A program made the position numbers and the translations under genes. 64,000 nt of DNA from positions 46,428 to 110,427 of IMG/VR virus record IMGVR_UViG_3300005841_000032, one strand, 5' to 3'. The notes beneath the pieces were generated by a model, which made no database searches, had not been told where the DNA came from, and worked only from the letters and a program-made list of their open reading frames with translations. The DNA comes from a virus. Of the stretch, positions 1 to 10,986 are shown piece by piece. Position 1 is the first letter of the stretch; every line of letters starts with the position of its first letter.

Positions 1-305
1 TCTTTATTGGCAATTTTGTCCCACTTATTAAACAAAGAATCGCAATTATAACCCAAACTGCCAACAATAAGAATATCGTGTATTTGTCCAGTGGGTATAG
101 TGAAATAATAAGATATAACTGTAATAAAAGTAGCTATTACAGCTAATAGAGTGCTTTTAAAATGATTGCTAAAGTATCCTTTGATTTCAACAAAAGTTTC
201 TCCGGTAACATTCTTTTTCAAGAAATGACTAAACATGCCAACCATTCCTATCGCCAATAAAGAAGGCAATTCAAATAACCATTTATATTGTTCTATTGTA
301 TCCAT
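1..305 (-). CDS. Membrane protein, holin-like (partial, runs off window)
   Basis: Translated by hand from ATG at 305: MDTIEQYKWLFELPSLLAIGMVGMFSHF...TLLAVIATFITVISYYF...ILIVGSLGY; three hydrophobic segments. Confidence 0.55.
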   Translation of the reverse strand, partial: MDTIEQYKWLFELPSLLAIGMVGMFSHFLKKNVTGETFVEIKGYFSNHFKSTLLAVIATFITVISYYFTIPTGQIHDILIVGSLGYNCDSLFNKWDKIANK

Positions 306-312
306 AATTCAA

Positions 313-642
313 TTAATATATTTTCCATTTAGATTCATCCTGTTGCGGATTGTCATATAAAGCTCTTAAATTTAATTTCAATTCTTCTTCTACTGGGCTT
401 GCGCCAAGCACTCCGCTTCCAACTATAATCCATTCATCGTTTTTCTTTACTAGCCCCGTATCCCCATTGCCTCTTTGAGTAGGGAATAAATTGCCGCTCG
501 CATCCCATTCGCCACGATCATGAAAATTAATTATTGTCTCAGTAGTTACTTTTACATTACCATTATCTTGCACCAATGGCAAAACCTCAGGTCCCTTTAA
601 GGTAGTCGCATCATTTAATACTGATATTCTTTTATCTGCCAT
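313..642 (-). CDS. Small virion/tail-fibre-associated protein
   Basis: N-terminal KRISVLNDATTLKGPEVLPLVQ resembles the motif that starts many phage fibre proteins; follows baseplate genes. Confidence 0.5.
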   Translation of the reverse strand: MADKRISVLNDATTLKGPEVLPLVQDNGNVKVTTETIINFHDRGEWDASGNLFPTQRGNGDTGLVKKNDEWIIVGSGVLGASPVEEELKLNLRALYDNPQQDESKWKIY

Positions 643-2073
643 TTATTCTAATAATATTCCGTCACCGCTTTCAAGTAAAAAATGCCCCTCATTTTCCAAA
701 GCCAAATAAAATGTTTCAATCACAGGGGCAACTGAAATTTCATTCAAAAATAATGTAGCAAAAGCGGTATTATAATTAATGAATGTTTTTCTTAAAAATA
801 CCCTTATTTCATCATTAGTATATCTTCCGTTTTTATTGTCTCCGATAACATCAATGAAATTTTTATTATTTAAATAACATCTATCATAGGGTAATGAACA
901 TGGAGTTATTTTTACATTCCATATGAAAATAGAAGGTTGCATATCGTATGCGCTATCACTACTAGCCCCAAGATCAACGTCTATTGAAGTTGAATCAAAA
1001 TTGTCTTGCTCGCTATCCTGATCATCGCTATTATTTGTATCAAAAAATATTTGCGGTATTATTTTAACCGCATTTTCAGGAAATTTTAATTGATGGCCAA
1101 AACCTATATTTAGTCTCGCATCATTTTCCGATAATGTACCCTTGTCTTTATTATAAATTATACCTCTTACAAAATACCATGTTCCTGTTTTATTCAACCG
1201 TCTAGTTTCAAAGAAAAATTTACTGTCGGTGTTGTCTATTATATTCTTTAATGAAATTTCATTTCCATTTACATCAAAACATTTACAGCCAAACGTTATA
1301 TTTTCATTTGTTATATCTTGCGCTACATAAAATGAAATCTCAAAATCTAAACGAGGATCAATTGTTCTTCTTTTACCTATATCGTCACCACCTATTCCAG
1401 AATCACTTATTGGCTGTTCAATTTCCATACAACGTTTACCTCTATAAGTAGTGATGAAAACATTTTCTGGAGTAATTAATGGATATAAACTAGAATCTTC
1501 TATATCTTCTGTGTATTCGTAACTGGAGTTAAGATCATATCTTCCAGTATTGCCCTTGAACAAGGGAGAACAATTATCTATATTCCATCCATTTTTATGT
1601 ACTTGGAATCCTCCTAGTTTAAAATATGTAAGATCATTCCAATTAAACAATCGCAAAATCTCTCCGTCTGGTATATCATCTTCTTGTGAAACTTCAATAG
1701 ATTTTATTCCACCCCTTTGCAACCTAAGTCGCAATGAATTAGACATTTCATAAAATAAATGATTAATGGACTCTGTGTTTGAAGTGAACAATCCATGTTG
1801 CACTAGATACTCATTCAAAAGAAAATCGTCATCTGTAAAGGTTTCAAATTCTCTAGTCAATTGCACAAGATAGCCCCAAAATACTGCGATTGGGAAATAA
1901 TAATTTTCAAAATCAGTTGCTCCTATTTGTTCATCTTCTCTTAAAATGTATTCCGCTACCCCGCCATTAGCTTTAAGTTTTTCTAATACATTATTAGCCC
2001 AATTCTGAACATCTGCTGAATCAGCATCAAAATAAGGCTTAAATATACTTGAATCAAAAAACTTAGTTGTCAT
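643..2073 (-). CDS. Baseplate wedge / tail protein
   Basis: Directly after baseplate-J gene; C-terminal LALENEGHFLLESGDGILLE motif; 476 aa. Confidence 0.55.
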   Translation of the reverse strand: MTTKFFDSSIFKPYFDADSADVQNWANNVLEKLKANGGVAEYILREDEQIGATDFENYYFPIAVFWGYLVQLTREFETFTDDDFLLNEYLVQHGLFTSNTESINHLFYEMSNSLRLRLQRGGIKSIEVSQEDDIPDGEILRLFNWNDLTYFKLGGFQVHKNGWNIDNCSPLFKGNTGRYDLNSSYEYTEDIEDSSLYPLITPENVFITTYRGKRCMEIEQPISDSGIGGDDIGKRRTIDPRLDFEISFYVAQDITNENITFGCKCFDVNGNEISLKNIIDNTDSKFFFETRRLNKTGTWYFVRGIIYNKDKGTLSENDARLNIGFGHQLKFPENAVKIIPQIFFDTNNSDDQDSEQDNFDSTSIDVDLGASSDSAYDMQPSIFIWNVKITPCSLPYDRCYLNNKNFIDVIGDNKNGRYTNDEIRVFLRKTFINYNTAFATLFLNEISVAPVIETFYLALENEGHFLLESGDGILLE

Positions 2074-2075
2074 GA

Positions 2076-3290
2076 TTATAAAACTGTTGCGCTTAAATTA
2101 ACTGATATCTCCTGATCATAAAAAATTGGATTTACAACCTCTGTTCCTTGACTTATCATTACGTTACCAAATAAATCTCTAGCTATAAAGCCTCTAAATC
2201 TTGGAAATTCATTTGCTTTTAAAGTTATATCTACATTTGGGGTAAAATATCTATCAGCAACACTTTTTACACCATCAACATTTATTACAATGGAAAGCAA
2301 TTTATCCCACTCTATTTTATTCAATGAGCTATCCCAAAATCTAAAATCTACAAGCTTACTAAACTTTTGTTGAATATCAATAACTACATCACTGAAACTT
2401 ACACCTGTAAATAATTCTATGCGCATATCTACATCAATAGGAAAATAAGTTACATTTTTCAATTTAACTCCATAGCTTTTTGTTCCTATTGGATTTAATT
2501 CAGTTAATGCAAAATATTGACTTCCTTGTTCCAGTAATGTATTTAATTCATCATCATTTAAATCAATACCATTGACCGTAAGTATAGATAATGTCGCTTT
2601 TCCATTTTGATCTATCCCATCAAAAACAACTCTTAAAACATTGCTATTAATTTTTATAAATGCTTGCGTTAAATATGATAACGTGTCCTGAGCTAAAATA
2701 TCCGGCCCCTCTTTTATTCTTTGCAAAAACGTTGCGTCATCTTCAACATCTCTCCCACCTTTTGCTCCATATTCATTTATTACAGCAATATGCCCCGATG
2801 GCTCTGGTGAAATATTTATAATGGTATACGGATCAACATTAGAGCTACCACTAGATTGTTGCGATCTTACCTTTACATAATCATATCCCTTAACACCTAT
2901 AGTTAAATCGCTTTCAAGATCAAATATATTACCCTTATTATCTGATACCGTATTTATTCCAGCTTCATAAAACGTTCCTTCATTTGCCACCATTCTTACC
3001 CATGTAGACGATTGAGCAGCATTAAATCTAGGAGCTATTCCTAACATTTCAGCTACACTATCCAAGGTAGAATCAAAAGCAAGATCGGGGTACAAATGGG
3101 ATACTGCTAAAACAATATCTTTTAATGCTTTCTTTGCCGTTCTTACGTTTCCCCTAATTAATCCACGCAAAGCAGAATGGTCTGAAACTTTGGTTATCTT
3201 ATTCTGCGAGTTATTAATAAATGATTCAATGTGAATTGACTCTAATTCCTGACTAGTAGCTTGTCTAATTATATTTTTTGCATTTGGCAT
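2076..3290 (-). CDS. Baseplate J-like wedge protein
   Basis: LDSVAEMLGIAPR and GGRDVEDDATFLQRI motifs typical of baseplate J/gp6-like proteins. Confidence 0.85.
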   Translation of the reverse strand: MPNAKNIIRQATSQELESIHIESFINNSQNKITKVSDHSALRGLIRGNVRTAKKALKDIVLAVSHLYPDLAFDSTLDSVAEMLGIAPRFNAAQSSTWVRMVANEGTFYEAGINTVSDNKGNIFDLESDLTIGVKGYDYVKVRSQQSSGSSNVDPYTIINISPEPSGHIAVINEYGAKGGRDVEDDATFLQRIKEGPDILAQDTLSYLTQAFIKINSNVLRVVFDGIDQNGKATLSILTVNGIDLNDDELNTLLEQGSQYFALTELNPIGTKSYGVKLKNVTYFPIDVDMRIELFTGVSFSDVVIDIQQKFSKLVDFRFWDSSLNKIEWDKLLSIVINVDGVKSVADRYFTPNVDITLKANEFPRFRGFIARDLFGNVMISQGTEVVNPIFYDQEISVNLSATVL

Positions 3291-3291
3291 A

Positions 3292-4224
3292 TTATAATGG
3301 TAATGATTGAGATATTATTTCTCTTGATCTTGTTTCTACTTCAAACTCTACAAATATTGCATCAGCATCTTTTTTTATATCCTTTATGGTGAAAGATTTA
3401 AAACAATCATCAGTAGCAAAATTTCCCGATATTTGTCTAAATATTGTAGGATAAGAAAGTGCAGCTATGGTGCCCCCTTTAAAATTCAACCCCCTATCTG
3501 AAAAGTCAGGATCGTCTCCCCTTTTTAAATCAGTAAGAATTTTTGCACTTTGAATTAATGTATCATTATAACTTAAACAAGTTAGATCCGATTCAACTGT
3601 ATCAATTATTATACGTCTATCTATATCTTTCCCGTATGTTTTTTCTACTGTATCGATGTTATCAATAACAGAATTCAATACAATGGCTGAATTGTTCTTG
3701 TAAATGACTTTAATTAAATACCCCCCTGACAATGTATAATCTTCTTCTCTTAATTGATTTTGTAATGCAGTGTCAATCCAGCTATCAGGGTCATTTGATT
3801 TTAAAATATCTCTTTCTAATTCTTCAAGTCCCTGATTTTGTGATGTGGTAGTAGTCATCACTACACTTCTTCTAAATCCATCTCTAGTTTGACTTGATTT
3901 TAACCAAATATCAGAATTAAATGCTGTTTCAAGTGCATTTCCAATATCTTCAATATATTCAGTAACTACCCAAAATTCATAGTTAGCAAGTATATTGGAA
4001 TTAAGATTTATTATTTCAATTACTCTATTTTGTTCCTTGATTAAATTATCAAGCCTCTTTAATTCATCTTTAGGATTTATATCTGAAAATCCAGAATAAT
4101 AATTTGCTATCGTTGAATAATCAATTTCAATGAATGAAATATAATCTGCTAAAAATTGACTTATGTCATATTTTGTAACAGACTCAAAATCGTCTAATAT
4201 TTGATCAGTTATTTGTTCGTTCAC
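3292..4224 (-). CDS. Baseplate wedge protein (gp25-like C-terminus inferred)
   Basis: Position before baseplate J; YGKDI motif followed by a gp25-like region. Confidence 0.55.
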   Translation of the reverse strand: MNEQITDQILDDFESVTKYDISQFLADYISFIEIDYSTIANYYSGFSDINPKDELKRLDNLIKEQNRVIEIINLNSNILANYEFWVVTEYIEDIGNALETAFNSDIWLKSSQTRDGFRRSVVMTTTTSQNQGLEELERDILKSNDPDSWIDTALQNQLREEDYTLSGGYLIKVIYKNNSAIVLNSVIDNIDTVEKTYGKDIDRRIIIDTVESDLTCLSYNDTLIQSAKILTDLKRGDDPDFSDRGLNFKGGTIAALSYPTIFRQISGNFATDDCFKSFTIKDIKKDADAIFVEFEVETRSREIISQSLPL

Positions 4225-4997
4225 CTTCTTATCAATTTTTTCAATTTACTAACCGACTTCAAATTAGATACAATACTATTAGCTGTCTTTTGCAATGAGG
4301 AAAATGAAAGATTCTTAATAGCTGATTTTATATTGGACAATCTTGACAGTATACTGTCTAATGGCGCAACCGCCACTAGTTGTAAACTATATGCGGGTAA
4401 CATATTATTTTCATTCTCATTTTGCGTATGAGTAAAATTAATCACCTCCACTTGGTAATTGTTGCCTAATATAGGATTATAAAAATATAAAGAATGCGGT
4501 TTACCATTTTCGTCTAATTGTTTAGACTTCTCTTTCATTGATTCTAAAATCTTAATGCATCCATATCCCGTCTTAGCAATAGAACTAAATTCTGGAATAC
4601 GTTGCTGCAATAAATTTGGAGGCGTTATTTTTGGCACTCCATTGTTAAGCGATAATCTAAATCCAGCTAATTCTACCCTTGTATTATTTACAAGTAATTT
4701 AAAGCGTCTACCAAATGTCCCCGAAATATTTATTGTGCTGGGTGTAAATGTTGTATTTTTCAATACGTATACTCCACCTATAGTCTTTCTTACATTAGTA
4801 ATTTCTTGTTGAGTTTCTCTTATTTCTTTTGGCAATACAGGCCAAGCAAAGTAATCTACAACATCACCGTTTGAATTTACAAGTTCTAACGCAAGCAAAT
4901 AGAATTCGACGTCATTCGAATAAATTGCATTAAGAGCGCCTCTTCCAAGTTCCTTAATTTTCTGATTAAAACTTAATTCTACAGCTTCTTTTGACAC
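4221..4997 (-). CDS. Baseplate / tube-initiator-like protein
   Basis: PVLPKEIRE...INISGTFG pattern and position within the baseplate module. Confidence 0.5.
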   Translation of the reverse strand: MSKEAVELSFNQKIKELGRGALNAIYSNDVEFYLLALELVNSNGDVVDYFAWPVLPKEIRETQQEITNVRKTIGGVYVLKNTTFTPSTINISGTFGRRFKLLVNNTRVELAGFRLSLNNGVPKITPPNLLQQRIPEFSSIAKTGYGCIKILESMKEKSKQLDENGKPHSLYFYNPILGNNYQVEVINFTHTQNENENNMLPAYSLQLVAVAPLDSILSRLSNIKSAIKNLSFSSLQKTANSIVSNLKSVSKLKKLIRR

Positions 4998-5022
4998 TAT
5001 TTAAAAATACGAAAATGGCGTT

Positions 5023-5253
5023 TTATGAAAGTGTGCCTGTTCCGGGTGCCGTTGTGGCCCCTGTTCCCGCAGGCACAGCTACAACTACAGGAATTCCAGC
5101 TGATACAGTTATCGTTGCAGACTTTATTGAAGCTTCGATTATATTGGCAAGCCCTGTGCAAAATGCTTCCTGAGCTTGTTTTTGCTCTAACCCCTTTGTT
5201 TGTTCAATAAGAGTGTTTATTTGAGCTTTTATGGTTGAATTTACTATTGGCAT
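5023..5253 (-). CDS. Small baseplate spike-tip-like protein
   Basis: 76 aa with Gly/Thr/Ala-rich C-terminus, immediately after the putative spike gene. Confidence 0.45.
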   Translation of the reverse strand: MPIVNSTIKAQINTLIEQTKGLEQKQAQEAFCTGLANIIEASIKSATITVSAGIPVVVAVPAGTGATTAPGTGTLS

Positions 5254-5256
5254 ATT

Positions 5257-6072
5257 TTATTGAACAAATGACTTTTGACTTTTTAAATCTTCCAGTTGCT
5301 CTTTTAATTGAAGATATTCAGTAGAACTTCTTAGCGGATAAGGTCCCGCCGAATCATTTCCTAACGTATTTAAAATTGATTCTAAAAGACTTACTGTTTT
5401 ATTCCCCCTAAGTATAGGTTCATCAGATTCGTTTAATTGCACTGTATTAGAATTAATTAAACACCCATTCTCATCTATTTGTATTGATATTGGTTCACTT
5501 ACGCTATCCTTTTTATATTCTACCTTAAAACTAGTTGATGTTTTTATAGAAGTTACTCCATCGTTCACTATTTCTATATCTCCGTTAACATTAACGTTCA
5601 ATTTACCTCCTCTATCTTTATTTGTAACTTTTATTTCCAAATTTCCACTTCCTTGATCGCCATCTACTGAAAGTATAATTTTTCCTCTTCCGTCTATAAT
5701 AATTCCAGCCGTTCCAATTCCATTCTTTTTTATAAATCTAAATTGATCTTCCTTTTGAAATTGATATTGTTGAGGTGTATTAAAAACATCCATTACATAA
5801 AGTTTACCACTATAGGGAGCTTTAACACAAATTACATCAGAGCCAAAATCATCTATGGAATTTGGAAAATCAACAAGTTGCAAAGCTATTTTACCTATTC
5901 TTATATTATGTTGATATTCCCCATTTTCATTTGAGATGGTTACTGTATTCGTAAGATAACAATTTTTAATATAAACTTCTCTGTCTACATCGATAGGCAT
6001 AGCAATTCTCCACTCTGAAATATCATAGCGATTATCTGTCATGCCTACTGTTCCTATGCCATTGCTACTCAT
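5257..6072 (-). CDS. Baseplate central spike (gp5/gpV-like)
   Basis: Beta-repeat-like C-terminal half (LNVNVNGDIEIVNDG), EPILRGN motif; follows hub gene. Confidence 0.6.
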   Translation of the reverse strand: MSSNGIGTVGMTDNRYDISEWRIAMPIDVDREVYIKNCYLTNTVTISNENGEYQHNIRIGKIALQLVDFPNSIDDFGSDVICVKAPYSGKLYVMDVFNTPQQYQFQKEDQFRFIKKNGIGTAGIIIDGRGKIILSVDGDQGSGNLEIKVTNKDRGGKLNVNVNGDIEIVNDGVTSIKTSTSFKVEYKKDSVSEPISIQIDENGCLINSNTVQLNESDEPILRGNKTVSLLESILNTLGNDSAGPYPLRSSTEYLQLKEQLEDLKSQKSFVQ

Positions 6073-8435
6073 TTAACAAATTGTCTACGCTGTAAAAAAA
6101 AGTTAAAAATGTTGCGATTTACACTCCAGTTCTTTAAAAATCCTGAATTTTTTATAGAAGCATTTGTGTCAATGGAGGTATTGATAATATCAAAGTAACT
6201 AACCTTTTCCGGTTTAGCTCCAAATAATTCTACCTTGCCCTTAATATATTTTTCTATCATTCCTCTACTTACTGTTAAAATTGTATAACGGTCATTTAAA
6301 GTTCTTACATTTCTTACAGCGTCAACATAAAAAATTTCATCAGTTGGAACATAATAAATCATCATTCCAGATTTTATTCTTCTATCTCCATTTATAGTAA
6401 TAGTTCCTTGTCTTGTAAATGGCAAATACGCATGACTTTGAATAATGTATTGTAAATCATAAAAAGCTTGAGATTCAGCATACTCCATTTCTTTTTTTGT
6501 TACGCTGCTATCAATAAATTCCGTAGGCGAATAATTATACTCTATTTCATAAGATTTGTTGCCAAATACCTCCGCATATTCATCAAATACCACAATAGAG
6601 GCAAGCATAAAAGAAGACAATTCACTTCTTACTCCTAAACCTCTAGGGATTATTCTATACCATGAGTAAGCGTCATTGCTATAGCTTAAACTATCATTTA
6701 TTATATCTTGTTCCTTTATATCTATTACTAAATCACTAATAAGAGACTCTCTACCCAATCTAGTATCTTTTACAGATATTGTCGGCAACACAATTGCATT
6801 GTTTATTTCTGGTACTGAATTTCTACTTATGTTTCTAAGGCCCTTTTTTATCGAGCTTGTCAAATAATTTTTAGTTCTTGAAATATTGCCAAGAACGTTT
6901 ATTCCATCTTTAATATCTTCTACTTCAACATCTTTATAAACCATACCTCTATATCCTTGAGCGTCAAATGGCATTTTGCGAACTATGAAATAATATTTAT
7001 CTCCATAAGTATCGCCCCTAAATTCAACAAATGGTTCTTGACAAACTTTTTTTATACTGTTAATAATGCTTCCATTATCAGTGGAAATTGAATTATCCGC
7101 TAATACTCTATTGGCTGCGCTAGGATCAAAAACAAATTCAATTATTCTCCAAAGCCCTTGCCTTTCTTCTTGTAAAAATTTATTATTTAACGATTGTACA
7201 ATGGTATTGTCTGTTACGATACTGTATTTTTTTGCTTGCGCCCTTAATCCATATGAATTAAAAACACTATTTGGAATTAACCCAATGCTGGAAAACTTAT
7301 TGAAAATATATTTTAAGATTGTGCTTACGGGCTTAAAACTAGTTGCCGCTGCGCTAAGAAATCTGGATTCAGCCTCTATTAAATTTCTTTGTGTTAATAT
7401 ACTATCCGGATTATTAAATATTTGCGCTCCTATTTGCTCTGGGAAAAATATCGATCCGTCTTCTACTAATAATTTCATCAAATCTCTACCGGATACAGTG
7501 ATATTCTTATCTCTTGAACTGCTACTTGTATTAACTACATCAATTAGTCCAATCATATCGTATATGTTGCCCGGAACATCTTGGGGACCAAATGAACGGT
7601 CAAATAACTTATTTCTTTTTTCTGATTCCAAACCTTCAAACCTTATATATACAAGATCGTTTTCCTGTAATACTTTATCGAATAAAAAGTCGTTTCGTCT
7701 TAAAAAACTATCATTTTTAATCTCATATTTAGATATACTAGCAGTCGAAAGTATATCTTCTCTTATTCCGCCTGAATTACGTCCAATTACATTATCCATA
7801 ACCCACCCAGCCACTTTATCATAAACAGCAGCAACAGGCGTTAACCCTAATGCAAAAGAACCTAATTGACCATTTACACTTGTTTCAGCATATTCCACAA
7901 ATGAAGAAATGTCATACCAGTAACCTTCTTGATAATTACTTCCTATAAAAGTTGAGGAACGAATCCAAATATAAACAGATATATCATTGATTTGTTCTTT
8001 TAATATTTCCTGATCATTTTGATTTTTTATTATTGATATATAATTGGGATCAGTAAATAAATCTCTTAATGCCTTTGCAATAAAAGGTTTATAATCAGTT
8101 AGCTTTATTGTGTCGGGTACAATATTTGATTTTGTTACTTGCCTTTTTATTACTCCATTAGACAATACAACAGAAGTCCCTGACTTTATAATCAAATTTT
8201 CAGGAATGGTTTTGCTAAAAAGTTCTAATTCCTCTTTGGTATAATGAGATATTATTCTTTGATAATTATTCTTATCTAATTGATCTATAAATTGGCCCGC
8301 AGAAGTGATTTTAACAATTAAAGTATCAATAAATTTTTTTGCAGTAAAATCAGGAGCTAATTCAAATTGTGAAAGGAACTCGCCTACAGTTTGCTCATCA
8401 TCTACGCAAAATTCATTAAGGTCATTAATTAACAT
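6069..8435 (-). CDS. Baseplate hub protein
   Basis: After tape measure; ITVSGRDLMKLL and GTITINGDRRIKSGM motifs of hub/gpD-like proteins. Confidence 0.65.
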   Translation of the reverse strand: MLINDLNEFCVDDEQTVGEFLSQFELAPDFTAKKFIDTLIVKITSAGQFIDQLDKNNYQRIISHYTKEELELFSKTIPENLIIKSGTSVVLSNGVIKRQVTKSNIVPDTIKLTDYKPFIAKALRDLFTDPNYISIIKNQNDQEILKEQINDISVYIWIRSSTFIGSNYQEGYWYDISSFVEYAETSVNGQLGSFALGLTPVAAVYDKVAGWVMDNVIGRNSGGIREDILSTASISKYEIKNDSFLRRNDFLFDKVLQENDLVYIRFEGLESEKRNKLFDRSFGPQDVPGNIYDMIGLIDVVNTSSSSRDKNITVSGRDLMKLLVEDGSIFFPEQIGAQIFNNPDSILTQRNLIEAESRFLSAAATSFKPVSTILKYIFNKFSSIGLIPNSVFNSYGLRAQAKKYSIVTDNTIVQSLNNKFLQEERQGLWRIIEFVFDPSAANRVLADNSISTDNGSIINSIKKVCQEPFVEFRGDTYGDKYYFIVRKMPFDAQGYRGMVYKDVEVEDIKDGINVLGNISRTKNYLTSSIKKGLRNISRNSVPEINNAIVLPTISVKDTRLGRESLISDLVIDIKEQDIINDSLSYSNDAYSWYRIIPRGLGVRSELSSFMLASIVVFDEYAEVFGNKSYEIEYNYSPTEFIDSSVTKKEMEYAESQAFYDLQYIIQSHAYLPFTRQGTITINGDRRIKSGMMIYYVPTDEIFYVDAVRNVRTLNDRYTILTVSRGMIEKYIKGKVELFGAKPEKVSYFDIINTSIDTNASIKNSGFLKNWSVNRNIFNFFLQRRQFVK

Positions 8436-10249
8436 TAGTGATAATAAGTTTTTGGACTAGTTCCTGCCGTTGGAACATAATCAACTGAACTGCCATCTTT
8501 ATTGTAGTATCTATCTTTACCTTTTTCTAATGGCTTTTTACTGCCCACTGCATTATGTTTAATAACAGTTTTATCATCACTACTTGTTAAATCAGGAAAT
8601 TTAAATTTTTCTCTAAAATGTTCAGCGGCCTTATCTATTGCTTGACTAAATCTTTTTTCAAATTGCGATTCTAGTTCAATAATGCCCTCCATAAATCCAT
8701 CTATAAATGCATCAGTTACTCTTGCTGCATCCTTTTGTTGCGTTGAAGTATATTTTTCAGATTCGCTTTTTATAACATTATCAGGAATCAATTTTTGAAT
8801 TTCACTTGGACTCATTGATCCTATTTTATCCCCCTGTGCAAATAATCTATCTATAGCTTCAGACGGTAAATTAAATTCACTTTTAGCAATAAATTTTTGA
8901 TATGATTCACTAGCAGAACTACTTCTAATCATTTTCATCATTTCTTGCAAATAACCTGGGGTTTGTATACCTTGCTCTTGCATTTTTTGAAGCTCCCACA
9001 TATCAGCATTGGGCTTTAATGATCTTAAAACAGAATAGCTCATTGCTTGCGAAAATGGAGTTTGCGGATTACTTAATCCAGAATTAATTTTATCAATATT
9101 AGACAATGAACGAGGATCGCCAATAGAAAACATTCCACCTATTCTATTAAATTCATACATTAATCTAGTTGCATCTGATCCAGAAACATTTTCTTTTGTT
9201 TCAGAAAACTTTTGCAATAATTGAGTTTGAGTTTTTATAGCATCGCTGAATCTTGATCTATCCAATCCCTCTGCTATACCAACGCCCAAGGCTCTTTGAA
9301 CATTTATTTTTGCACTGCCTCCTCCGCTACGTTCCATTCCAAATGCAGATAATGTAGCGTCTTCGCCAACACCAAATCCTCTTTGTAAGCCAAGCACCAT
9401 TGCAGCATTCCCACTAGCATTATTAGTTGATCCACTTGCAAGAGAAATTCGACTCATTGCCTCTTTAACTGCAATAGAATCAAATCCCGAATTTGCCATA
9501 TTTACTCCTTCTCCCCTACCTCCAATAGCATTAAAACCAAATGTAGCTTGTTGGAATTTATCTAATGTCCTAAAATGCCTAACAACTGCATCAGCTGCCA
9601 TTCCAGATAAATCTTTACCGAATTGCATTCCAATAGCAGAAAAATTAGTTTGACCGGCTCCCGTTCCTAAAATTTTAGTTCCAGCCAATGCATCCATGCC
9701 GGTGCCAACTAATCCACCAGCAAGTCCTCCGGTTATTTGAGCAAACGGGGAAACTATATCCAATCCAGTTTCAGAATTCACAGAATTTTTTAACAATCCT
9801 GCTATGTCCCTTAAAAATCCGGCTTTTAAAACTTCTGAAAAAATATTTTTTTCTTCTTTCGGCCCATTTGATTTATTAAAATCTTGCGCTCCCCTTATTG
9901 ATTTTTCTTCCCCCTTAATGCCATTAAGTTCATTTTGCAATCTTTGAATTTTTCTTTCTGCTGCTACCCTTTCTGCCCTATCTTCAAAAGAGTCTCCTAA
10001 TCCACTTACTATTGATTTGGCTTGTTTTAATTTTTCTTGAGTTATTTCTTTTTGAACTTTAAGAAATTCCCTAGAAGCTTTTAACTGATCTTCAATTATC
10101 TTGAATTGTTCCTTCTGATTCTTAGTTTGTTTCGCAGCTTCATTGGCAAACGATTCATACATAGTTTTAGAATCCGATTGCAATTTTTTCATGAATGCAG
10201 TTAACTCACTACCTTCTGCCGAAAACTTAATTTTCTTTTCTTCTGCCAT
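8435..10249 (-). CDS. Tape measure protein
   Basis: Coiled-coil N-terminus, Gly/Ala-rich helical middle, located after tube and chaperone genes. Confidence 0.8.
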   Translation of the reverse strand: MAEEKKIKFSAEGSELTAFMKKLQSDSKTMYESFANEAAKQTKNQKEQFKIIEDQLKASREFLKVQKEITQEKLKQAKSIVSGLGDSFEDRAERVAAERKIQRLQNELNGIKGEEKSIRGAQDFNKSNGPKEEKNIFSEVLKAGFLRDIAGLLKNSVNSETGLDIVSPFAQITGGLAGGLVGTGMDALAGTKILGTGAGQTNFSAIGMQFGKDLSGMAADAVVRHFRTLDKFQQATFGFNAIGGRGEGVNMANSGFDSIAVKEAMSRISLASGSTNNASGNAAMVLGLQRGFGVGEDATLSAFGMERSGGGSAKINVQRALGVGIAEGLDRSRFSDAIKTQTQLLQKFSETKENVSGSDATRLMYEFNRIGGMFSIGDPRSLSNIDKINSGLSNPQTPFSQAMSYSVLRSLKPNADMWELQKMQEQGIQTPGYLQEMMKMIRSSSASESYQKFIAKSEFNLPSEAIDRLFAQGDKIGSMSPSEIQKLIPDNVIKSESEKYTSTQQKDAARVTDAFIDGFMEGIIELESQFEKRFSQAIDKAAEHFREKFKFPDLTSSDDKTVIKHNAVGSKKPLEKGKDRYYNKDGSSVDYVPTAGTSPKTYYH

Positions 10250-10252
10250 TAT

Positions 10253-10537
10253 CTAAAAATCTTTCAAATCAATCTTATCAAACGCTTCTATCAATTTTTC
10301 TTTATTTACTATACTTTCACTGATCCAGCCATCTTTTTTAAATCTTTCTTCACGCCTCTTCTCTTCCTCTCTTTCAGTAAAGAATTCTTTTATTAAATTA
10401 TCTTCAATATATTCAAAATGAATATCTAATTGGTTGGCGCTTCTATGCTGCTCACTATTAAATGAAACATTATATTTTTTCCTCCACCAAAAGTCACGCT
10501 TCCAATCGTTATCCCATTTTAATACAAACTCTCTCAC
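10253..10537 (-). CDS. Tail assembly chaperone partner (putative)
   Basis: Synteny between chaperone and tape measure. Confidence 0.45.
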   Translation of the reverse strand: MREFVLKWDNDWKRDFWWRKKYNVSFNSEQHRSANQLDIHFEYIEDNLIKEFFTEREEEKRREERFKKDGWISESIVNKEKLIEAFDKIDLKDF

Positions 10538-10926
10538 TATTCATCTTTCTTTTCTTCTGTCTTTAGTTTTCTAGCTTCATCATTTAAAGCTTCTCTCCAT
10601 TCCTCCATCCAAGCATAATAATTCTCATAAGCCTTAACAACTTGCTTAGATTGAAAAAGATCTAAATCAAACAAAGAGGTAACATTCATATCAGTTTTTA
10701 ATTCAGGTATAAGTATCTCAAAGGTACAAGCTGATTCTACTGCAAGATAGGCTTCTCGTGAAGCCACACTACCAAATAATAGATCTTTATGCATTCCGTT
10801 TGTTACGTGTAATTTTCTAACTTCTATATCGATTAATTTGGCATTCTTAGGAAAGGCAATAGAATAAGTATTCGGACCTATGGTGACCTTCAATTCTCTA
10901 GGTGGTAGTTTCTTTGCTTCTGTCAT
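10537..10926 (-). CDS. Tail assembly chaperone (putative)
   Basis: 129 aa between tube and tape measure. Confidence 0.55.
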   Translation of the reverse strand: MTEAKKLPPRELKVTIGPNTYSIAFPKNAKLIDIEVRKLHVTNGMHKDLLFGSVASREAYLAVESACTFEILIPELKTDMNVTSLFDLDLFQSKQVVKAYENYYAWMEEWREALNDEARKLKTEEKKDE

Positions 10927-10953
10927 AATTATTTAATTGTGCTTATTAAAATT

Positions 10954-10986
10954 AAAAAGGCTATGGTTTATTTCATCCATAGCCTT
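10954..10986 (-). terminator. Rho-independent terminator-like hairpin
   Basis: AAGGCTATGG...CCATAGCCTT stem running into a T tract on the minus strand. Confidence 0.65.

Noticed and set aside
10253-10926. Programmed frameshift in the tail chaperone pair
   Set aside because: No canonical slippery heptamer near the first stop; a TAGTG overlap explains the coupling
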